A stretch of 64,000 bases of DNA from the human T2T-CHM13v2.0 reference genome, Homo sapiens. Under the pieces are notes generated by a model. That model worked only from the letters and a program-made list of their open reading frames with translations. It had not been told where the DNA came from and searched no databases. How positions within the stretch are numbered: position 1 is the stretch's first letter; each line of letters opens with the position of its first letter. The stretch lies in NCBI RefSeq assembly GCF_009914755.1, contig NC_060929.1; one strand, 5' to 3'. This document shows positions 1 through 14,000 of the stretch, in pieces. The position numbers and the translations under genes were made by a program.

Positions 1-205
1 CCCTACTAAAAATACAAACAAATTAGCTGGGCATGGTGACACGCACCTGTAATCCCAGCTACTTGGGAGGCTGAGGCAGGATGATCGCTTGAACCCAAAG
101 GCAGAGGTTGCAGTGAGCCGAGATGGTGGCACTGCACTCCAGCCTTGGCAACAGAGTGAGGCCCTGTCTCACAAAAACTTATAATAAAATAAAAATAAAA
201 TAAAA
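1..205 (+). mobile_element. Alu, right arm and A-rich tail (cut by window edge)
   Basis: ctactaaaaatacaa...gaggctgaggcagg...gcagtgagccgagat...actccagcct, followed by an A-rich tail. Confidence 0.93.
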
Positions 206-2290
206 TCTACCTACAAAAATACTAGGCTCTGATGATTTTTGTAGTTGATTTCTATGTTCCAAAGATGGATTATTTCAATGTTATACAAACTATTTTAGAA
301 AATAGAAAATGGAGGGATTAAAACTGTATAAATGTCTTACTAAATCCTAAGAGGACAGAGTAAAATAGAAAAATGATAAGCCCTTCTTTATTAGGAAAGA
401 AATTAAGAAAGTCAAAACCAAATATTAGCAGATATTATCTTACAATGCTTTTTTTTTTTAAATAACCAAGTACGGTTATTTTATTGCAGGTTTATTCCAG
501 AAATGCAAGAGTAGTTTAACATTAGAACATTTTAAAATGTAACTATATATTCCAATTAAAGATAAAAACCATATGATCATCTTGTTTGGATAAAGAAAAT
601 GCCTTTCATACGATTCAAAACACATTCATGATAAAAACTCTTGGCAAAGTAGGGAAAAGTAGGAACTTTATTAACCAGTAGAAGTCACTTACAAAACAAC
701 TTGTAAATATCTTTCCTTTTAAACAGTGGAGCATTAAAAGCATTCCTTTCAGAATCAGAAACAAGGAAACAATTCTGCTACCACCACTTCTATTCGACAA
801 TGCACTGAAAATTTTAGGCATTACAATAAACTAGATAATTGTATTATCTACATAAAGAAAAAACAGATTATAGAATTAAATTATGAGAAATAGTAGGAGA
901 GTTTAATTGGTGGTTAGATATCAAATCAATATGCAATAACCAATTGCATTTTATTTTGGTAATAGGCAGTAAGAAATTAAAACTTGTTTATTTTATGTAA
1001 AATATGAAATATATTGAAATATATCTAATGACAAATATGTAAGACATATGGACAATATTATAGACTATATTACAATTCATTAAAGAAGACCTTGATGAAG
1101 AGATACACTCTACTCATGGTCTGAAAGACTAAGTATGATACAAATGTTCATTTCCCTCAAACTGATCTATTAATACAATGCATTCCATTAAAATTCTAAC
1201 GAGAGTTTTGAAGGAACTAGATAGGATGATTCTAGATGTATAGAGGAACATAGGTCTGAAAATTGCCAAGGTACTGTTGAAGAAAGAATATGGGAAGGAA
1301 GGAAACCTGCGCTATCAGATACCAAGATATAGTACACAGTAAATATGAAAATGCAGTTGCCCGTATTTGGAAATTGATGTATACTGCAGATCACTGGGTA
1401 AGGCATAGTTCAATACATTATGTTAAGTTGGTTATTCACATGAAAAAAATTTGAGATTAATTCATATGGTTTAAATTTGCAAAAACAGGAGTCTATTTTT
1501 GATGTAGAGACAGATTTCTTAGAGAGTACACAGAAATGTTAATCATAAAGAAGCTATATTAATATTTAAAATGTATGCATATTAAAAGACATAGTAATGA
1601 AAGTGAACAAAAGCAAGCTTCTGTCAGGGAGAGGATACCATATTTCATGGATTTTAAAGTATCTTCAATTTTCATTGATTTCAAGACATACCATTACTTT
1701 ATGTATCACTAAATAAATAAGACAATGACTAATTTTAATTCTCAGATATTATTGAAGACATTACAATGTGAAATGAGGTGAATCTTAGAATTATTGATGT
1801 ATATTAATAGTATTTCCAATACATGTAACCAACAAAGTATTAGAACCCAGAGTATAAAAACAACTTTTCTAAATCAGTAAGTAAGAAACAAACAAGGAAG
1901 TAGACATGCCAAATAGGGCAAAAGACTCCAAAGACCATTTTTGGAAGATAATACATCAAGGGTGAATTAAAAAAAAATAAAATGGTAAGATGCCCAACTT
2001 CATTAGTAGTAAAGGAAATGAACATTCAGATCACAAGCAGATTTCTACCAGTGGGATTGATGAAATTAAAATCTTACATTATAAAGTGATGGCAAGTATG
2101 TGAATCTATGGAAACAATGTGCTTCAGGAGTGAATTTAAATTGGTGTAATCATTTTGGAGAACTTTGGGCGGTATTTAGTAAAACTGGCATTTGTACAAC
2201 TTGACGTCATTAATTACATTCTTACACATACACCTTAGAGAATCCTATATGCATTAAAGACATGTTTATGATAGAAATGCAAACATATAT
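206..2290 (+). mobile_element. Ancient L1M ORF2/3' fragments, heavily decayed
   Basis: A-rich sequence with L1 ORF2 remnants; the region around 600-820 resembles the IMIKTLxK...KAFPLxS...GCPLS segment. Boundaries approximate. Confidence 0.7.
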
Positions 2291-2299
2291 CCAAGTCCA

Positions 2300-3250
2300 A
2301 AGTTTATCTTTTCTTTTCTCTCAGGAATATAAAGCTCTTAAAACATTCTACATCCCCTGTCCTTATTGTAGGCTGTTACCATTTTTTAAAACAACTTATT
2401 TGATTTTTAAAACACACAAGATGTTATGTTTTTCTACAGTCAGTGCTCAATTAGATTTATTCACATATTTATTATTTTATTAGTTTTTATTAGTTCTTCA
2501 TTCTTTCTTACAAACCAGTTCTCTATCCTAATCTTACTTTCCTCCTATTGAAGCAATATTTATTAGAATTTCCCTTAGTAAAAGTCTACTGGGGACACAC
2601 ACTTAAGTTTTATTTGGTATGAAAATGTCTTAATTTTACTTCAATTCTTGAAAGATATTTTAAGTGAGTATAAAATCCCAGGATTCTGGATACCTATTTG
2701 GTATTTTTGTTTTTTCAGCACATTTTGAAGATTTAGTTGACCTGTCCTTTGGCATCCATTGTTGCTCTTGAGGATTTAGCTATCAGTCTAACTTATTTTA
2801 ATGCCATTTGTTCTACAAAAACAAAACAAAAACAGAGTCTAGGTTAAAGTAGACAAGTTTTCATGCTATAACTTTTTTTTAGGGAGCAGGTTGTTTTTCT
2901 TATCATTTCATTGAGTTTAGTTATTTGTGTGGGAGGGTGGGGAAAGATGGTATCTTCTCCCACTCACTTTAATTAGAAGTTTCAGTTCTGAGACCTCACC
3001 TTGAACAGGCATTATCTTTGTCCCAGTGCGATGGCTAAGGCTGAACATTTTGGATCTGAGATTGGCAAATGCCTATAGGCAACCAGCACATCAGTGCCAG
3101 CTCAGAACTCTTCCCTGCTTTTCCTTCAGCCCATGGAAGGATTTCCCTTAAGAGTGAACTCAGCTATGCATTTAAGATGATTTTTGTTATTTTTACTCCG
3201 TCATTTATATGTTCAGGTGATTCGCAACCAGAATTTTCTCACTGCTGGAA
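2300..3250 (-). mobile_element. Ancient L1M fragment (ORF1/5' region)
   Basis: T-rich with typical antisense L1M phrases (tgaaaatgtcttaattttacttcaattcttgaaagatatttt; ttgttgctcttgaggatttagc). Confidence 0.55.
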
Positions 3251-3908
3251 GTAGAATTTCAAGGAAAACTTTTTAAGTACTACTGTACTTTATGTATGTA
3301 TTTTTATACATACATATGTTTATACATCTTGCAGCAACATTTAGTCACATAATCCAGTTTGCTCAACATTCACATGTGTTGTGACACTAACTTGGATAAT
3401 TGGTTTTATAGTTAAGATGTCACCGCAAGTTTTTTTAAAAAAATAGTTTTAGAAACTGTTTTAGAGATGTTCAGATTGTCTGTATGCCTCAAGGTAGTAA
3501 TTATTAAACTTTTTGGTCTTTGTACTCCTTTACATTCTTGAATTATTTAAGATCCCAAATAGATTTTTATGTAGGTTACATTTATCAATTATTGCTGTAT
3601 TAGAAATTAAAATAGATAAATTCTAAAAACATTTTGATTTATTTAAAATTAATAAAACATCAAATGTTAGCATAAAGGACATGCATTCATAATTTTTACA
3701 AAAATTAGCTATATTATCTAGAACAATAAAAATAGTGAGAAGCCATGGCTTTGTTTTATATTTTTGAGAGTTTCTTTGTTTGGGTTCTAGAAGACAGCTG
3801 AATTTCATATCTACTTCTGCATGTAAGATGTTTCTGTATGTTATTACGGTTGACCTGTATGAGGAAAATGTGGCCTTACCCAGAATGAAGTTGAAAAATG
3901 GAGGACTA

Positions 3909-4129
<221 letters not shown>

Positions 4130-4397
4130 GAAAAATGGAGGACTATTTTCAGATTATTGTGCGTTTTCTAAAACGCATGTCGTAGTGTTTTAAAAGTTTG
4201 TGGAATGGGACAATGTAGAACCTGAAAGCATAGGATGAACTTTCACACTCTATTATATTAATATCTATTGGTATATCTTACACTTTAAATGGATCTTTTA
4301 ACCCTGCATGACTTTTTAGTATCAATTATCTATTGATTGGAATATATTAGTTCACTGAGTCAGGCAGATCTTCTAAATGTTGACACATTTCACCCTA

Positions 4398-4444
<47 letters not shown>
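4398..4444. repeat. (CTAT)n tetranucleotide STR, about 11-12 perfect units
   Basis: Read directly. Confidence 0.97.
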
Positions 4445-5205
4445 ATCTATCTGTTAATATCACCATCTATATTATCAGAAAAGTATTTAAGTTTTGAGAA
4501 GCTGTCAAGCTCATGGTGACAGATGAAAGTTTTCCAATATTCTAATTTTTCACTTGAAAACTTGAATTTTATTCTTGGCAAGAAAAATAGTCATAATACC
4601 ATCAGTTGGTTTTCATAGAGTGACAAGTTCACTTTGTTCATTTTTAGGCAAGTATTGCTCAGATTTCCAAGTCTGAATACTGTTTGTCACTTATTATTTC
4701 AGTGAAAAAATGATGCTTCATGAAAAGCACAGCTGGCTCAGCTCATAACTCAAACAATCTCACAGTACTTTTAACTGAGACATCATATTTTAGCCTGCAA
4801 CAGAAATGCTTTATCCATACTTCCTTTTTGTTACACAAAAATATTTTTTAAATGTATATACTCAAGTGTTGAGATTTGATAAAATGAATAAATGTTACTG
4901 CTACATCTGGAAATTTTGAAGTGAAATTGTCATGGTACCCCTCCTGGGAGTAAGCGGCAGTGAATAAAATGACTGACAGTGAAGTTGGTGCCACTGTCTT
5001 GACTAGGCAATTTTACCTACCATTACTTTGGCACCATCACTACAAATGTCAACACAGTTTTAACTTTGTATATACCTCTTGAAAAGGTCTTAGAAGACCC
5101 ACTGAAAGGGTCTTATGGAATCCCAGGTTTCTGCATAACCCTCTTTGAGCAATTCTGCCATAAGCTGAGAATGATTGATAATCAATGGGGATAGTCAGTG
5201 TTTAC

Positions 5206-5231
5206 GTGTGTGTGTGCGTGTGTGTGTGTGT
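5206..5231. repeat. (TG)n microsatellite, interrupted
   Basis: Read directly. Confidence 0.9.
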
Positions 5232-6348
5232 ACACGTGTTTCATGAGACTTTTTAAGGACTTTAACATATAGAAAATTGGTAAATACTTAAAGCTGGCAA
5301 AGATAAATGCTGATTGAATAAGTTTCCTGCTGTGAATATTCCTCTAATACTTGTTGATGAGAGAGGCTGTGTATCCTTTACCACCAAGTTCCCAGCTCTA
5401 TGATGCTCTGACTCTCCAGGCATTCTATGGAAACTTAGTTGCTTCAACATCCTAACTTTTCTTTTTCTGTCTTTGAGCAGGTTGGAATGATCCAGGTTAT
5501 TCTTCTCTATGCTTCTGAATATTCTGATTTTATGTACTTGACATATTGTCAAATAGGTATACAGACCACCCAGGAAGCAACTGCCAAAAAGAAGCATATC
5601 CATACACTAAAACATATTTAAATAGCCCTTTATGTCAACACTGTACTGTGAGAATCTCCAGACCCTTCCCTTTCCAAACATCAGTACATTCTTCATACCA
5701 CATTTCAGCAGAAGTAATCATTTTTGCCAGGTGAGAAGAGGTTAAGCTCATTTTAAAATAGCTTAATTTTTATTAAACAGCAATTTGGCATTTTTTTTTT
5801 TGCATTATAGCACCTCAACCATAGAGAATTTCAGGGACTTAAAATACTTAAAGCAATTATTGAGGTCATCTTTTTACTTCAATACCTTTTATGATAGAAT
5901 TATATTGTTTGTACTGAAAAGCCTTATTAGTTTAATATATTACATATTTTTAAGCCTTTGGACTAGGCGAAGAATAGGTTAACTTTTGTCTACATAAATC
6001 TTAGTTTCTAATTGAATTGGTAGTGTAATTAAGTATTCAAGGGAGTTCCAATGCATTCATTGGGGATTTATATATTCAAAGTCCAATATCAAGCTCTATG
6101 ATGGATTCAAGGTTGACAATCAGATTTTTGCCCACTCAGTCTAGTGGGACATATACTTTTGCAGAAGAAATTAGCAAGCATATTAGAAGCCTGTGCCCAC
6201 CTTCAATGGGTAAACTTTTATAAAAAATATTTTTTGAAAAATTTTTGAATATTTAGAGGTCTTCACATTTGTGAGAGATATGCTGTTATAATGCACTGCT
6301 CAGTGATTAACACAGGAAGCTTCAGATATGCAAATAGAATATATTCAG

Positions 6349-6958
<610 letters not shown>

Positions 6959-9900
6959 TTCTGACTAAAGGATGCATATTATTTCATATTAATTGGGGGC
7001 TTATATATGGGAAGAAAACAAGTCCACCTTGGATGCAAGTATATACATGATCCTTGGTGAGGACAGAATAAGAAGGAAGAAAATGTTTGTTAAGAAATAA
7101 AAGTTAAGGGGAGAAATTGGAAGAGATTTTCATTTATCATATCCGATGAGACAGTAAAACAGCAAAAGGATTTTACGAGGATTTTGGAAGGACTTAATAC
7201 AATTCTGTAATCATTCCAATTTCTCCATATTTAATATTCATTTCCCTTGTCCCATCAGTGATGAACAAAAGCATATTAAGGTGATATGGCTCTAAACACT
7301 TGACTGTGGTACAGAAAGGAAAGGGGTCGGGAAAATTGGTCCTTCAAGGAGGTAATTTGGATGGCGCCAGCTTGGAATAGAGGAAATGCAAGTCTCTGGG
7401 CCTCCAGCAAAGAAGCTAAGAAAATCCAATGGAGTCAGATTGGGCCTGGGCATGACATTAGCTTTGAAATAAAAAGGCCTGTGAGGTTTATTTATATATA
7501 AGGTAAACATATATTTTGTAGTTCATACCAAGGAACTTTTAAAAGTTAAGAGACATAATTATGCTTAGACAAAAGCAGAAGTTGGGATGCCCTAGGCAAA
7601 GTAGCCCTATGGTCACTCTATTGTTGATGAACATGTTTAAGATATTAAACACACTAATCAGAATTTTTAATAATAAATTTAAAATTACTTACTTCAGAGA
7701 TATTAACCATCACAATTATTTCTATAATTTAGATTTTTCATTATTTAATCTCCCAATAATTATAATTAGACTTAATAGGAATAAACCTATGAGCATTTGC
7801 TACATGTATTAGAAGCTGATTCTATACCATTTCTCTTAACTTTGTTTTCATTTAATCCAGATGGCCACAAAGCATTGGCTATTGGCACATTATGATGGTC
7901 TGGGTCTCAGATATATTCGATACACAGAGAGTAATAACCTTCATCTTGTACTAAATTCTCATATCTGAGAGGCCTGGAAATATACTTTGAAGATAATATG
8001 AAATGTGCTACTGTATCCATTTTCCTCAATTTTTATTGGTTCTTGCATTTCAGATGATCTTCTTTTCACTTCTCTTTCTTATCATTTATTCAATTTCCTC
8101 CAATATTTTGAAACCCCTATTCTGTGCCCAAGTTTGTGTTAGGTGCTAGATGCTAGAAATAGAGTGGTGCCTAAAATGATCCTATTTATATATTCTTTAA
8201 ATGTTTTCCTTTTTCCTAGCCTTTCATTATTGTTGCCCAGATAACCTAAAAAGTTTCCTATTTGTCTCCCTTTTATACTGAGCCAACATTTTCTCTTTTT
8301 CTATCATAGCTTACGAGAATAAATGTATTGATACATATCTCTTAAACATAGAGAAGCCTTAGTATTTTCTTCCAAATCTGGATGTGAAGGGAAAAAAGGT
8401 CTGCCATCAAATTTTAATGATGTTGGTTTGATCAGAAAACTCTATTTTGAACTCAGTAGAAATTTTTCTTAGCATTTTTTTAAGCAACAGTATTGGGGAA
8501 AATTGGCAAATCTGTTTTTTTCCTTTTTGTTTAATCATTAGTATGCTAATAATATTAATACAATTTATATTATTTTAAAGCAGATGTCTAGTAGGTTAGT
8601 TCTACTATGGTGTATAGAATATTATCAATTATTACATGACAAAATATAGAAACTGTATAAGCCCATACAGAAGAAAATCCTTTTGTCAAATATTGCAGTG
8701 CTTTGGGACTTTAATATGTAAATAATCTAGTGATATACCAAAGTTGTCTCTGCATTTTCCAGGTCCTTCCCAATCCTGTCCTCTAAGTAGTTGGACAGTG
8801 GAAATAACTCTAAAGAATGCTGAGATAATGGAAATGTTTGATTTGCATCATAGAAAAAAAATATAATTCCCTAGGTAGTTTTCTTTGAGTTATAAGATGC
8901 TAGTGTTGGTTTATTATTTTTATTTTTTGCAGAGAAGTAACTATCTCTGTCTAGTTTCAGGTAAACTGGAGTAAACACACTCCACCCTTCTCTCTCCCAT
9001 TGAATGCACCTATAAAACTTGAGAGAATGGAACACCTGTTTGAGGATTTTTAAAAGTAAAAGTAACAGGCTGATTGGGAAGAAGATATGAATTTGAAGTG
9101 CCACCAAACCAGCAGTGAGTTTATAATTTTTCTCTCTTTTTGTATTCTCCATCTTGGATTCAACACAGCCCACACTTGTAAGTTGTCATTAGGGCCTGTA
9201 GAGATAAAACACTAGGAGAAGCCCTCCCATTCTGGATTAAGGACCAGGAAGGGGCCCTGATGCTCAGAGAAAGTAGGAGAAGCCCTTCCTTTAATGTCTA
9301 CATTCTCTTCTGCCCCATCTCCCATCTTCTACAATCCCATGATAGCAGCAGCAGGGGTAGTAACAGTGGCAGGAAGATGAGCCATAAAAATTTGGATAAA
9401 TCTTCCTCTCTGATCTGAACAGCTTTAATCCCATGAGGATGGGGTAGACGCCATTGCTTCTCATCTCTTGATTCCGTCTGCTTGTACGTGGAAACAGACA
9501 CAATTATGAGAACACAGCAGAGAGGTAACTAACTCCATACTTTCTGAAAGCAGGACTGAAATGAGAACTGCATGGAAGTGGAAGGTGCGAAAAAGAGCAT
9601 GGAGAGGGAAGGGCTTAGGAAAGTAACCTCAAAGCTGTTTACCAACTTGTGCTCAACCTTAAGCTTTGTATGTGTGGATATGACTCTAAAATTTCTTTGA
9701 GAACAGAGCTATTACAATAGCAATGCAAAGGCCTTGAAAATTGACAATTTAACCAAGACACGCAGAAGCCTTGTAAGTTTGGAACTTATAGCATGAACCA
9801 AACTAGGTTGATTTTATGCTAAAAAAATTAACATTCTTCATAAGATTTAAATAAGTCTCCTAATGTTATAGGTAAAATGTCTAGAACACAATTCAAAATT

Positions 9901-11119
9901 ATTTTACATATAAAAACATGAAAATCTCAATTTGCATGGGAAAAGACACCCAACAGATGCCAATTCTGAGATGGCACAGATTTTGGAACTATCTTGCTAG
10001 ACTAAAGCATTTATTATAAAGATGATCTAACAAGTAAGGGCAAGCATATTTCAAATGAATGGAAGGGTAGAAAGTCTTAGTAAATAAATAGAAAGAAAAA
10101 GCAAATTGAAGTTTTAGAATTAAGAATAAAATAATTGGAATAAAATCTCTCTGGATAAGCTGAATAGCGGCATGGAGCTGACTGAGAAAAGAGTCAGTGA
10201 ACTTTAAGACAAATCAGAAGAAACTATCCAATCTGATAAATGAAGAGAAAAAAGATTGGGAAAACAATACCAACAGAGCCTCAGAAACTCACTGGTTCCT
10301 GAGGCACAGTAGTTATCATGGGCTCCAGGAGAAGAAAAAAAAAATATGACTGAAGACTTCTCACATTTGGAAAAAAATTTAAACCATCAGATTTAAGAAT
10401 CTGAGCAACTCCACACAAGAAATACACAGAGAAATGCACAGCTGGAGACATCATAATCAAACTGCTGAAAGCTAAAGACGAACTAAAAATGACACCAAAA
10501 AACAAGCTGTTATTTATAAGGAAACAGTGATTCCAATGACAGCCGATTTCTCATGACAAACCATGAAATCCAGAATCCATGAAAGAAAGGATTGTCAATG
10601 TAGAATTCTATATTTTCAAAAAATATTTTTCAGACATAAAGGTAAAATAAGGACATTATAAAATGAAGAAAAACTAAGAGAATTCATAGCCAAAATTGCT
10701 GCTTTAAGAGAATTGCCAAAGGAAGTAGTTCTAACAGAAGGGAAATGATACTTAAAGGAAACTTGGAACATCAGGAATGCAGAAAGTAAAAGAAATGACA
10801 AATATCTGGATAAATAAAATAGACTACTCTCAACCCCAGAATATTTTAAATAGCCTTGATATTTGAAAGCAAAAATTGTAACATTGTCTGTTGGAGTCCA
10901 TGATGTATAGTAGATTTAATACATAAGACAACAACAGTAATACATGGGGGGGATAAAGGGACTTTCATGTTGTTAATTAAGCTTTCAATATTCCATTTGA
11001 AATGGTAAAATACTGATTCTAAGTAGACTTTTAAGGGTGAATATTATGTAATGTAAAACCTATGGGAAGCAACCACTAAAAATATACACAGAAGGATGAA
11101 ATTAAAAACACAATAAATA

Positions 11120-11420
11120 CACTGGGCATGGTCACTCATGCCTGTAAGCCCAGCATTTTGGGAAGCTGAGGCTGGTGGATCACTTGAGGCCAGGAGTTTG
11201 AGACCAGCCTGGGTAACATAATGAGACCTTGTTGCCACAAAAAAAGTTTAAAAATTAGCCAGGCATGGTATTGTGTTCTGGTAATCTCAACTACTCAGCA
11301 GGCTGAGGTGGAAGAATCACTTGAACCCAGGAGTTTGAGGTTACAGTGAGCTATGATGACACCACTGTACTCCAGCCTGGGTGACAGAGCAAGACCTTGT
11401 CTCTTAAATAAATAAATAAT
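11120..11420 (+). mobile_element. AluJ inserted in the old L1
   Basis: gatcacttgaggccaggagtttgag and gtgagctatgat (J-type), with an (AAAT)n tail. Confidence 0.92.
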
Positions 11421-13874
11421 TAAACAAATCATTTAATATTGAAAAAATATTCAAAAAAAATAGAAGTCAGGAAAGGATAACAGAAGAAAGGATAACAGTA
11501 AAAACAACATCAACAAAAAAAATAATAAAATGTTAGGCCCAAATTTTCACATTTCAATAATTCATTAGATATAAATAGTTTGAACACGCCAAATAAAAGG
11601 AGTTCTTCAGAACTGATTAACAATTCAAAGACCCCATCTTTGCTATCTGAAAGAAACTCACTTCAACTATAATACACAGGTTAAGAGTAAAAGGATGAAA
11701 AAGATATACTGTGGAAAAAGTAGTAAAAAGTAAAAAACAAAAACAAAACAAAAAAACCCTCAAGTGACTATTTATATCAGATGATGTAAATTTCAGACCA
11801 AAGAAAATTACCAAGAATTAAGAGGGACATTACATAATATTAAGGGATCAATTAACCAAAAAGATATAGTAGTTTAAATGTTTTAGCACTTAACAATAGA
11901 GCTTTAAAACTCATGAAGCAAAAACTGACAAACTAACAGGAAAAATGGACAAATGCACAATTATATTTGAAATGTCAACACTCCTCTAAGTAATTGATAA
12001 AACCAGTAAACAGGAACTTAACAGTGATATAGAAAAATTGAAAACCACCGCTAGCTAACCTTTACACACTGCTCCACCCAACCATAGCAAAATATGCATG
12101 CCTTTCAAATGACATGGAAATTTTTCCAAAGGGAAAGGAACATTTTCTAGCTCATAAAGCAAACCTTTACCAATTTAAAGGAATTTAAATCAAACAAAGT
12201 ATATTCCTGGGCAAAATGGAATTTAACTTCAAATTAATTACAAAAAGATAGCAGGAAAATGTTCTCTAAATGTTTGGAAAATAACAAATTCTCAATAATT
12301 TATGGGTTGAATGAAACATTTCAAGGGAAATTACTAAGTGTTTTGAACTGAACAAACATGAAAAGACAACATACAAATTGGAGGATGCAGAAAAAGCCAT
12401 GCTTAGAGAGGAATGTATAGGGTTAAATGTTCTTATTATAAAAAAGGACAGATCTCACATCAATAATCTAAGAATCTACCTAAACTGGCTGAAAAGGTAG
12501 AATAAGCAAAACAAAACACACTCATATCAACCAGAAGGAAAGAAGTAGTAAAAATAGGAGCATAAATCAGTAGGAGAATTCCCCTATTTCTTCGGATAAT
12601 TCTCCTATTGACTCTCCAAAAGAATTCTCCTAAATCAGTTCTCCTGTTGATTTATGTTCCTATTGATTTATGCTCCTGGGAAATCAAAATGGAATAGCAA
12701 TAGTGAAAATCAGTGGAAACAAATTTTTTTGTGGAATTGTGAATAAAATTTCAAACCTCTAGCAAGTATGACAAAGAAAAATAGAAAGTAGAAACAGTTT
12801 ACTGATACCAGCAATGAAAGGGAAGATATCATTATAGACCCCACAGACATTAAAATAATCATTAGGGAATAATAAAAATAGCTCTGTGAGCATCAGTTTG
12901 ACAGTTTAGATTAAATGGACCAGTTCATTGAAAACCTCAAACAAAACTTATCCAAAATAAAATAGATAATCTGAGCAGTCTTATTAAATATTAAAGAATT
13001 TGAGTTTTTATTTTAAAATCACCCAAAAATAAAATCTCCAGCACTAGGATGTTTCATTAGTAAATTAAAGAAAAAATTAAGTTAAAGAAGTTTCATTGGT
13101 TAATTAAAGAAGAAATAATACAAATTTTACATTAGATCTTTCAAAAAACAAATGTCAAGGATACTTAGATTTACCGATACTAAAAACCAAACTAAGGAGT
13201 ACAGGAAAAAAATTAAAAAAAAAAGTATACACCAATATTTCTCATGAACATAAAAACAAGTATTAGCAAATTGAATTGAGAAATATACGAATAACAGAAG
13301 AGAATCAAGTGGGGCTTATCTCAGGAAATAAAGGCTGGTTCAATATTTGAAAATCAATCCATGCAATCAAATACATTAAAAGTCTAAAGAAAATGCATGT
13401 TGACCATATCAACTGATGCAGAAAAAGCTTATGACAAAATTCACCATCTATTCATGGTTTAAAAAACTCTCAGAAGCCTGTGAATAGGTGGAAACTGCTT
13501 TAACCTGATAACAAGCATCTACTGAAAAGAAAAAAGGCAGTTAATGTCACATTTAATGGTGAAAAAACGAATGCTTTCTGACTCAGACTGAAGCAAGGCA
13601 AGGCTGTCCACTCCATCCCTCTTAGGAAAAAATAATCCCAGATATGCAATTAGGTGAGAAAACTAAATGAAAGGCATAACAAATATGAAGGAAGAAATAA
13701 AACTGTCTCTGCAGAAAACATTATTGTTTACATAGAAAATATCAAGGCATGTATGAAAAAACTCCTAAAACTAATAAATGAGGTTAGCAGAATCAAAGAA
13801 TATAAGATTAACCCACAAAAATCTAATGTATTTTTATGTACTAGAATTGGATACTCAGAAACCAAATTTTTAAA

Positions 13875-14000
13875 TATGTACATGTATATGTGTGTGCATA
13901 TATGGGTGTTTATGTGTATATGTGTATGTATATATATGTATATGTATAAACATTAGGACATGATATATATGTGTTTCTGTGTGAGTATATGTGTGTGTGT
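13875..14000. repeat. Degenerate (TA/TG)n low-complexity tract
   Basis: Read directly; lies inside the old L1 ORF2. Confidence 0.85.
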
